Shown: piece after piece, positions 27,366-37,429 of the stretch
Layout: each line of letters starts with the position of its first letter
How positions within the stretch are numbered: the stretch's first letter is position 1
Origin: the human T2T-CHM13v2.0 reference genome, Homo sapiens
NCBI RefSeq assembly: GCF_009914755.1
Contig: NC_060942.1
Strand: one strand, 5' to 3'
Length of the DNA: 64,000 nt
Made by a program: the position numbers and the translations under genes
Notes under the pieces: model-generated
The model's database searches: none
Seen by the model: only the letters and a program-made list of their open reading frames with translations
Told to the model about the DNA's origin: nothing

Positions 27366-30300
27366 TTAACATTAACAACTATTTTGTGTTTTTAAGTTAC
27401 TCTAGAGAAAAATATTTCAGATAAAAAATAAATATTTCCAAGACAAAAATTTGATTAGAAACTTCCCACGAGAACAAAAATTAAAAAATAGAGGCTACTA
27501 TGATAAGTGATATATTTTATTTGATGTTCAGCAAACATACGCTGCTGTGTTCCAGGTGTAGCTGGATGGTGATGGTTACAACAGGAACTGGATGCTGTCA
27601 CCTCTTTCGTGGTACAGTACGAGGGACTAGTGTTGACAAGCTATGATGAACGTGACAGCTTTGGGTCTTGTGGGAGTCTCTATGGGTGGGGGAGGGTGGA
27701 GTCTAGCCTAGTCCAGGGTTCAGGGAAAAGTTTGTGGGGAAATGAAGTTTTGTCAAGAGGCAGACCAACTGTCTCTTTTAATGAGATCTCCTGGAACCCT
27801 GGAAGAAGGCAGGGCTTCTGCTAAGCGTCATGTCAACAGCTTACACAAAAGCTTACAACAGCTTAGAACAGCTTACACAAAAGAAACAGAGGGTCATAGG
27901 ATGATCAGGTGCTAGGAACAAGCCTAAAAGTGGCTGCCTACAATGGAGGAGTGGTGAGAATACACAAAAAGGAAGAAATGATGTATTTGAGTCACAAAAC
28001 TTCTGTATTTCTATGGTCTGAAAACTGGGGCACAATTTTTAAATATTTGAAATCAGAATAAAATGTTTTCATAAAAAAATGCTTTCTACTAGAAGAGTGG
28101 AGGTTTTTGCTGCTAGCCTTCTCTTAATGACATCAGAGAAGCGGGGTCTGATTAACATTGTGTTGCATCATTCATGGAGATGAGCTCATGGTACGTAATG
28201 GAGGCCCTGCTGAACTTCACACATTGTAAGAAAGATAATGGTTCATAGAAAATGGCCAAGCCCTTTTTATATGAGTCATGTTACCAGAAGCTCTCCTTTC
28301 TGGCAATTCACTTCTTTTAATTCATTGGTTAAAATAATAACTTTCACAAAAGTTTTTACTAACACATTTATGAAGCATGCACTACATGCTTCATAAAACC
28401 TTCTAGAAATTTCCTTTTCCTAAAGTTTTTCTCTCATGCACTTGAACAGATATTGCATCTTTTGACAACTAATTATCTGACTTTTGAATATAGCTTTTAT
28501 TTACTGGGCAGTAAAACAGTGAAAAGTTAAATTATGGCACCTAATTAAGCAAATATTTTGCTTGGTCAGCTAAAGGGAATGGAAAATTTATTTTTTTCTC
28601 TACTATAACTTCTTTTTATCAGTAACTTGACAAGTGGTGTCACTAAGATGATGATTTTTTTGTATTGAGATAATAAGACTGAATTTTAGAAACTGTTAAC
28701 TTTTAAAAAGTGTACATAATTGGATTCTTTTTATTTCTCTAGTTTTAGTCTCATATATTCTGTATTTCATGGCTTTGCTTTTTATTGCCTTCATTCTGAG
28801 TTAAATATACAGTCAGCTTTGTGTGGAATTAATATCTAAGATGTTGGGATAATGTAAGCTGCTCCTAACAATGGATCACAATTCATTTTAAATTAGTGAG
28901 TTCATTTAAATGAAATAATTGGGTCATTATTTACATATACACAGTTGTTTCCAAATTTTATTGAGAATAAAATAATAAAAGAGTTGGCACTGACAATTTT
29001 GGCATCTCTATAACTTAGGACAAGAGATGACCCATTTTCTCTCTCTTCGTATTATATTCCCATAATTTCCCCAATTACTACTGCATAGAAACGTCAAGTT
29101 GGTGTTGAGTTGTTGGCAAATAAATGAGAGTGCTTGAATTGTAGCATTGTTCAGCTCAGAGATAACTGCATTTTATCATGTGGAAAGGATCTGTGTTGCT
29201 AAAGTGAGGGTAACACAGAAATATCAACCAAACCACAATAGAAGAGAAATCCACACTCTTTTAACAAGACTCATGCTCTCCCCTGACTTGACATTCATCA
29301 GCCTCCTTGATCACTCCAACCTTTGCTCCTTGGCTCTGTATTCATAAGACATTTACTGTGTTAGTTTTTATTTAGCTGATGTGAGTTGGTCTTTGCTTTT
29401 CCCCAAATAAAGTCTTTAAGAATAAATACCATTTAAAATTATTTTCTTATATCTCTCCCAGTCAGACTCAGCTAAATGTAGGCAAATGTAATGGCCAAAT
29501 AATCTAATAACCAGCATGTTATGGGAATACAGGAACTGACTCTGTATACTTTAAGCCTGCAATGAAACAGGCTCTGGAGCCCCCCACTGTGCCTGGTACT
29601 CACCCTTTAGTTGCTGGATTGTGGGAACATCCAGTAAGTGCTTAAGAAGGGGCTGGAGTAGCCAAAGACAGTGGCTGTTTCCTAATTAGTTTGGAAATAT
29701 TTCAACATTTTGGGTGGACTGTCAACCCTAGCTATGGGAAAGCATTATGGTTGCTACAACTCAGATGTTATGGCCTTCAGCAGATTGTGACTAAAGCTAA
29801 GTTTCTTTTTGGCATCCAAATCATCATGTTGCGAGCCTGTGAAAGGTCACACTTTTTCTGTTTTTCTTCTCAGATATCTCTGGACATGTCTAGGATGGTG
29901 ATAAGTTTGGTTCCAAAGATCCCTCCGGGTAGTGGTTGCCTACTGCTGCCAGGCACCAGCTGCGGGCCATTGTACCATTCTTCTGAAGTGCCGCAGGTTA
30001 AGCACCTTTCCTCAGGCACCTGTTACTCCCTCTGCACCTCTTTATTTAATGTGTGGGTCAAGCCTTGCCCATAATTCCACACAGTGATGGCTAAGGACAG
30101 CTTCTAGTGCTTAGACTTTATAAAAAGTTAAAGAAAAAATGTAGAAAATCAAACCTGGAAAGTGATACGACTCTTCTAAAAGTCCATTGGCTGTGGTCCC
30201 TCCTCAGGGAAATTTCCAATGGGTCCCTTAGCTCTGGCCTATTGCAGGAACCAACTGCACCTAGTAGGTAGCTTTTGATCAAGTCTCTTCTCAAAGCCTA

Positions 30301-30443
30301 AGACTCAGTTTTCTGAAATCCAGAGGGAGAAAAGTCTTTTAAAAAATTCCCCTCCAGAGCTGACTCTTCTATCTGCTTTACTTATCTCTTCCCACAACTC
30401 TAAGGCCATTCCCAGCTTCTAAAATTTTCTAAGTTAGGGCCAC

Positions 30444-30815
30444 TGTATTAGTCCATTTTCATGCTGCTGATAAAGACATACCTGCGACTGGGCAATTTAC
30501 AAAAGACAGAGGTTTAATGGATTTACAGTTCCATGTGGCTGGGGAAGCCTCACAATCATAGCAGAAGGCAAGGAGGAGTAAGTCATGTCTTACATGGATG
30601 GCAGCAGGCAAAGAGAGAGAGCCTGTGCAGGGAAACTCGTATTTTTTAAAGCCATCAGATCTCATGAGATTTATTCACCATCATGAGAATAACATGGGAA
30701 AGGCTCACCCCCATGATTCAGTTACCTCCCACCAAGTTCCTCCCATGACACATGAAAATTATGGGAATTACAATTCAAGATGAGATTTGGGTGGGGACAC
30801 AACCAAACCATATCA
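30444..30815 (-). mobile_element. THE1B/C solo LTR (MaLR)
   Basis: TGTATTAGTCCATTTTCATGCTGCTGATAAAGACATACC...CAAACCATATCA; perfect 5-bp TSD GCCAC (30439-30443, 30816-30820). Confidence 0.95.
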
Positions 30816-31527
30816 GCCACTTAGTCCTGGATCACTTTAAAAATGGAGGGCTAGAACTCTACTCCAGATTTCCCTAAACCCAACTCTGTTCTACCCTCAT
30901 ATTGTCTTCATTTCAGCCTAGAGAAAAGGACTGAATGTACCTCATATTCTTATTTTTTCCCAACTTCCTGATTGCAGCTATTGAGCAATAGCCCATGTGC
31001 ATGCATTTCAAAAAAGTAACTTTCCGTTAAGGGGGGGTTTAAACCCTGATTTAGGGGAAAATGTAATAAGCAGATTTGCATAATTTTGCAAAAGCTAATA
31101 CCTATTTTATAGCACCCAAATAAAGAGAGCATGATATCTGAGTTTGAAGTGCCTGTGTTCAGATTCCTTCATAACTTTCAGTTCTCCCCCCAAATAGTGG
31201 AAGAATAGTAATCATAAATAGGAATAAATAGGACCATCCATCAGAGTGACCACTCCCAGAAAAAATGCTATTTCTATTAGCAAAAATGACTTTCTCAGCT
31301 TCCAAATCACTCCTCCAACAAAAACAGAAGTTCCATTCTTTACCAGGTATTTTGATGAATTTGATGTATTATTTAAGTTATAACTGTAGAGAGAATTAGT
31401 AATAGAATTATTGTCTCTTTGAGTACATGTGACTGTGGAATGGTGGGGTCTATAAGTTATTGATGGCCTCTAAGAGTGAAAACATCAGAGCCATGGGGCT
31501 TTATAATGAAAAGAGAGGATGGTGGGG

Positions 31528-31576
31528 TGGAGAGTTGTGAATAGGTAGATTTGGGATGGAGAGTTGTGAATAGGTA
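31528..31576. repeat. 29-bp-period tandem duplication
   Basis: TGGAGAGTTGTGAATAGGTA at 31528 and 31557. Confidence 0.9.
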
Positions 31577-31974
31577 ATGTGCATGTAGAGAGTGTGACAA
31601 GCCTGTGCTGCTTTACTGCCTGAGGTATATTTCATCACATAAATTAGGATGAAATTTTCAGATATTAACAGGGATTCCTATTACTGAACTTCTTTAATTC
31701 TTTCTCATCTCTTGGGGAACAGGGGGAGCTTTTTGTAGGTGCTGCCCTCAGGGGAATAGCAGATTTGGTGAGTATGAGGAATCTTTGGTCAACTTTGAGG
31801 TTGTAAAGCCCACACCAGAAACAGCAGTTTAGAAATCTAAGCTTTCCATGTACAAGACACAGGATTTTTGAAATTTTTATAATGGTTTCTATATATAGGT
31901 TTCAAAGAGTCAGATCTTGGAGGACTAAGTACAGTTTTACTTATTCGGTTTACTAAAAGCTAAAGCAAAGGGCA

Positions 31975-32130
31975 AAGGCAGCCTGGTAAACTACGCATTG
32001 GCACTCAGTCTGCCCAGCAGTGACCTACAGACACTTCCACTCACATCCCAGTGGCCAAAGTGAGTCATGTGGTCCTGCCAAGTTCAACCACGGAATGGTG
32101 TCTAATCCTCCTACAGGTAGGGCACCACAG
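31975..32130 (-). mobile_element. MLT1J-like LTR fragment
   Basis: CACTTCCACTCACATCCCAGTGGCCAAAGTGAGTCATGTGG antisense MLT1J core. Confidence 0.6.
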
Positions 32131-32974
32131 AAGAGGATGCTAAATATGGGTGTCTAGACACACAGTCTGCCACACAGACAAATGTACATTTCAGCAATGC
32201 CCTGTGGAGAACAGAGTGGGCACACCTCTGTGGACTGCTCAATCCCTGCATGCTTGACACCCCTGGAATTCAGATCGGTACTGTGTGTCTGACTAGACCT
32301 GGGAGGGCTGAGGAAACCACGGCTTATATAACTCCTTCTACAGAGAAATTTTAGTCTAGAAATACTTCCAGTGAGCTTTGCTTTTTTTCCCACTTTTGTC
32401 AAGAAGAAAACAACCTGACAATAATGGCAAGGAGCCCAGGGGAGAATCACAAAGTCAAAATGACAGGCATGGAATGAAAGAATCAGGCCAGTAGTGATGT
32501 AGGAAATGTCCTACTTTTGATTTTTCATGTAGGAAACACTTAAAATTGATTTTCAATATCCCCATCAATATTCTTAGCCCCTATTGTCTATTTCTTGTGA
32601 CAGGGTAGATATCCTCTCTCCCTCCAGTCTTCCACCTCCCTATTTTCCCTCCCCACTTTCCCATGTAGTTAACACTGGCCATCCTTTAAATGTGGTATAA
32701 AACATAGCCTATTTGCATATTAATCCAGCAACCACAGAGGACATCAGAACACCTAAGGATGGCTGCATTTAGGGCTCAATGTAACAAGGGCCTTTGAGTC
32801 TTAGACTGTGATAAAATGTGAAGTGACATTTCGCAGAAGGAGAAAGCTTCTATTTTTACCTTAGTGTTAAGAAATGGCCCCTGGGAGGAATTGTTGCTCC
32901 ATCTCAGTGCTTCCCAGATGTGTCAGATTAGAGACCCACCCACTGGAAACATTTCAGGAAGTCAGTCAGCCACT

Positions 32975-33250
32975 CCCTGGGGCTTTCCTAATGACTGGCC
33001 GCCTTGTCTGAGTTGGTTAACTCAGTTGGATGCAGCGTGTGGTGTTAATTCAGTAGGGCTAATTAGACCAAGATCATGGATTTGATATTCTTGGTTTTTT
33101 TTTGTTTTGTCTTTTTTTTTCCTCAGAGAAAAAACATTTCTAACCTCTTATTGGCTAACTTAAAAATATACATTATTGGCCTAAGGAAAGCAAATTAACA
33201 TAGTGGGGATATAGCTGTACAAACTACAACTCACCCCTCCCTTCTAGAAT
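32975..33250 (+). mobile_element. Ancient tRNA-derived SINE (MamSINE1-like)
   Basis: 33012-33090 GTTGGTTAACTCAGTTGG..GCGTGTGGTGTTAAT...CCAAGATCATGGATTTGAT resembles tRNA-Ile(AAT) GGTTAGCTCAGTTGGTTAGAGCGTGGTGCTAAT..CCAAGGTCGCGGGTTCGAT. Confidence 0.6.
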
Positions 33251-34222
33251 ACAAAGAGTATTTCAGTATGTGTGGTGTGCTATCAATAAGCATTAGCTTC
33301 AGTTTAGTAGGATGGGCACAGGTAAAGAGTTTGCAACACGCTTTGGCTCATTTCAGCTGCTGCTGTGCAGTGCCAACAGTGGCTACGTTACTGAGCTGTG
33401 CACTGCAGTTCAGTAGTCATGATCATTGAATGTAATTGGTAATGGTCGATGAGATTTCTCACTGGATGATGCCAGTCACACCACAAACTCCTCTAGATGG
33501 CATTGGTTGGGGCATCTGCTTCAGCGTGCCTGGAGACTGGTGTGTGGCTTCCCTTATTTCATTAGCAGGATGTTGTTTCCTGTGTGTCTGGCCTTTCTAG
33601 CTCTTCCAAGGCATGATCTTGACTCTGCACCAACTTCTAGAGTCTAACTCACTGAAACACTCCTCTGAAAACCTTAGGCCTTGAGAAGTGGCACAATCTA
33701 TACATTAATATTACCCCCCCCTTTAATGACTGTAATATCACATTTCTCCATGTTGTTTTGAAATTGTCACCTGTGCCATGAATAATTTGATTGTTAACCT
33801 ACAGTAGGCACAACCCAAAATAATTTGCCAAATTCCCCCCAACACTTAGTATGAAACCCTTATGACAGGAGATATTTATTGAGTACTAATCTACATTGTC
33901 AAGAAGGGCTTTGCCATCTCAAGTTTCTTCTCTTTCATGTTGCATTCCCTTCTGAGAATCATCACCATTGTATTTATGATCTGGACTTATGTTAGAGAGA
34001 ATTATTGCCATGACTTATATCTCATGTAGTGAGTTCATTTCTCTAGAATCCAAGATTACTTCTGAGAGGTCTTTACCAATCTGTTGGCTTTAGAAACCAG
34101 GAGAAACCCCTCTGTTTTGTAATCATAAAACCTATGAACACAGCCAAGTCACTTAATGATATTTTCAATTAGCCTTTAAGAGAATCAGCCCAGGGAGCAC
34201 TAATGCCTTGTCCTGTGCAAGG

Positions 34223-34258
34223 GTGAGTGAAGCTGGTGAGTGAAGCTAGTGAGTGAAA
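34223..34258. repeat. 13-bp tandem repeat, ~3 copies
   Basis: GTGAGTGAAGCT(G/A) units. Confidence 0.9.
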
Positions 34259-34399
34259 GGTTGAAGAGAGTAACCTAGGAATCAGGAACTCTAGGATTTG
34301 CTCAATCTGGCACAAATCTCTTTGTGCCTCATTTGGCAAAGTGACTGATGCATGTAATAGTTAAAAAATTCGATCTTTTCCTTAAAAAGATTCAGAGAA

Positions 34400-34640
34400 T
34401 AGTCAGTCCTTCTTATGCATGGATTCAGCACTTGTGGATTCAACCAACTGTAGATTAAAAATATTATGAAAAAAGCAATAGAAATTACAATACAATAATT
34501 AAAAAAATACAAATAAAAATACAGATAGCATTTACATTGTATTAGTTATTACAAGCAGAGATGATTTAAAGTATATAAGAGGATTTTGGTATCCTTAGTA
34601 GTCCTGGAAGCAATCTCCTGTGGATATTGAGTGAGACTGT
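34400..34640 (-). mobile_element. MER2 (TcMar-Tigger) MITE, internally deleted
   Basis: GTGGATTCAACCAAC...TAGCATTTACATTGTATTAG...AGAGATGATTTAAAGTATA...TTTTGGTATCC...ends GACTG|TA. Confidence 0.8.
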
Positions 34641-34779
34641 ACTGAGTAACCATAATATTTAATATGCTTTTATTTTGCCTTGTTAATAGACCCACCACAA
34701 AAGCCTATATGATATTGTTGATGCTAGGCCCTCAGCAAATACTATTCTGCAAGGGCAGTGAATTACCATGCTCCACTGC

Positions 34780-35123
34780 TGTGTTACTCTGTTTCCACTC
34801 TGCTGATAAAGACATACCCAAAACTGGGTAATTTACAAAAGAAAGAGGTTTAATGGACTTACAGTTCCACGTGGCTAGGGAGGCCTCACAACCATAGTAT
34901 ATGGTGAAAGGCACATCTCACATGGCAGCAGACAAAAGAAGAGAGTTGTGGAGGGAAACTCCTCCTTAAAATAACCATCAGATCTCATGAGACTTATTCA
35001 CTATCATGAGAACAGCATGGGAAAGACCTGCCCCCATGATCCGATTACCTCCCACTGGGTACTTCCCACAACACCTGGAAATTCAAGATAAGATTTGGGT
35101 GGGGACACAGCCAAACCATATCA
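34780..35123 (-). mobile_element. THE1A/B solo LTR (MaLR)
   Basis: CTGCTGATAAAGACATACCC...GGGTGGGGACACAGCCAAACCATATCA; flanks ACTGC/ATTTC (3 of 5 match). Confidence 0.95.
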
Positions 35124-35532
35124 ATTTCCCTTTTGAGAAGACACCTATAGATGCTAGAAACACCAGTCCAACTTTCTCATTCTGCCATCCCTTCGCTAAA
35201 GGAAACAAGAGTGTCAAAAGAAAGTCTTTTACATATAGCTATTAGGTTATCTGTTTGATCAATTTAGTAATTTATTTGATGTTTAGTTTAACCTGATTTC
35301 ATCTGCTTGAATAATGTTGTGGAGGGGTTGAAATAAGGTATAAAAAAGTATGAAATTGGAATGTGGAAGTCATAAGAAAATGAAAGAATAGAAGATTGTA
35401 GGTTGCAGCACTGATTTATCAAATCTTCCAAAACTCCTGGAATGCCTATCACATTTTTCAGTGGATACTGAATTCAGTAGCATTTTAATGCTTTGAAAAA
35501 GCTAGTCAGCTCTACAGGGGACCAGTCTCTAT

Positions 35533-35729
35533 AACCGTGCTGCCCAATCGAATAGCTGCTAACCACAGGTGACTATTTAAACTTAAATAAAATTTAAAAA
35601 TTAGTTATTCAGTGGCATTAACGACATTGCAAGTGCTCAGTAGACAGATGTGTTAAGTGGCTAGAGACTTGGACAGTGCACATACAGAACATTTTCATCA
35701 TTGTTTGGAAAGTTCCACAGGACAGTATT
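35533..35729. mobile_element. MER3 hAT MITE
   Basis: GTGCTGCCCAAT...CAAGTGCTCAGTAG...TTGGACAGTGCA..AGAACATTTTCATCAT...GAAAGTTC..GGACAG. Confidence 0.8.
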
Positions 35730-36122
35730 CTAGAGAATTTGAGAATCAGAACATTCACTCAGATGATAAGTGCACATTAGATAAATATGCAACACTTTTT
35801 CAGGAAAGGTTTTTTTACTTGCTGTTGGAGTAAGCAACTGCTGCTCAGGTATTATGATAGACTGCATGACAAAGAAATGTTTTCTCATCATATTGATAAG
35901 AGATGTTGGAAAGGGAAGATTGTTAATGTTATTGAAATACATTGTATGTGTTCTAGACATTTTGCTGGGTGTATTAAATATCACCTCACTTATGACACAG
36001 CCGACCTGAGTGAAGTTTTACAATTAGCTCCATTTTTACAAATGGGGAGAAGACCCAGGTTCTACAATTAGTAAATGGAGAAAAAGCAGTTCGTCTGACA
36101 CTAAAATTAGTCCCTCTAACCA

Positions 36123-36123
<1 letters not shown>

Positions 36124-36168
<45 letters not shown>

Positions 36169-36169
36169 A
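36124..36169. repeat. (CA)~20 microsatellite
   Basis: Near-perfect CA dinucleotide run. Confidence 0.98.
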
Positions 36170-36809
36170 GAATTACTGTGTGTTAAAACCAATGTTACCC
36201 TCATTAGAATTTGCCAGATCCTAAGCATAAAGTTACTTTTACATGACTTGTATGGACCTAAGAACTGGATTAAAAAGAATTGCTATCAAAGCATGAATTG
36301 AACAATTTGCCATGATTAAAACTCATTTTTCCATTTGGAAAATCTTCCCTTCAGGACAAGATGAGAAACATTCAGAATAAAATGCATGTAGATTAATATA
36401 ATCTTCAGAGACTGAGGCAAGAAAATGTAAAAGAGAAAACAGTAAAAAAAAAAAAAAAAAAGAAAAAAAATCAGCCATTTGCTGTAATTTTCTGGTAGTG
36501 AGGAGCTTTCCTGTACTTGTTATGCATAGCTTGAGAAATTCATTTCTCAAATAGACCAGCTGGGATACATGGGGAACAAAGACCAGCACATCTCAGATGT
36601 GTATACAGGCTCAGTTAATTTCAAATGACTAAATTACTGACATGCAAAGATCATAAAGAAGCACGTAGCTAGTCAACTCTTGTATTAAAAACAAGGTAAT
36701 GAAAGATTCTTTCACCATAAGATGTCAGGCATGTGAAGAAATAATACTTATTTCTGCAGTAATGAAGTGTTTTTACAGAGTCCAGATGCAGCCTGTTTGA
36801 TTGTTGAGA

Positions 36810-37052
36810 AGCTCTACTATGGCCCTGAAGTCAGACAGACTTGAGTTTGAATCTGGACATGACTCCTTAATTGTGTGGGGTTAGGCAAATGACTCAATTT
36901 CTTTAAGATTTGGTTTTCCCATTTCTAAAGATGGAGATACTACAGTTTATTCTACACAGAATTGTGACAGAAACCAACTGAGAGAATGCCTGTAAAGCTT
37001 TTTGCACTATGACTGGCTACCAAAAATACTTAGGTTAAGCTATTATTATTAG
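36810..37052 (+). mobile_element. MIR (near full length)
   Basis: GAAGTCAGACAGACTTGAGTTTGAATC...GGCAAATGACTCAA...TGTAAAGC...AGCTATTATTATT. Confidence 0.8.
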
Positions 37053-37429
37053 AATTATTAGCAAGTCCTTTTTATTAAGACTAAACTGCCTCATTTAGCT
37101 AAAACCTATTAATCTTATTGGGCCCTCAGAATTCACAAAGGACAAACTGACTCTACTGTATGGCAACAAAGTCTAACACACTAATCAGGTCTAGGTCTCT
37201 CAACAATTCCTCATATGACAAAGTTTTCTAATATAATATTATTCATGGTACCCTACTCTTCTGTGCATTAATGGCTATTGTCATTTTTTAAAATGTGATT
37301 CTGTAAATAAAATTCAGCACTTTTGATAAGGTGCAACAATGCCAGAGTACAGTGGAACTATCAATTTGTAGGATTCATATGCCATATCTTTGTTACTGAC
37401 AAATAAGTTTACTTTAAAAGTTAGCCATG

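Noticed and set aside
27835-27883. ACAGCTTA-based short repeats (and microduplications at 3775, 9850, 17402, 31528, 34223) as CRISPR-like or functional arrays
   Set aside because: Only 2-4 short tandem units without unique spacers; ordinary slippage duplications in a mammalian genome.
33012-33090. Functional tRNA-Ile gene
   Set aside because: Insertion in the anticodon arm, decayed B-box and no pairing acceptor stem; better explained as a SINE head.
30444-35123. Two same-orientation THE1 LTRs as one provirus
   Set aside because: The first LTR has its own perfect TSD, the two differ at subfamily-diagnostic blocks, and the 4-kb interval is not THE1 internal sequence.
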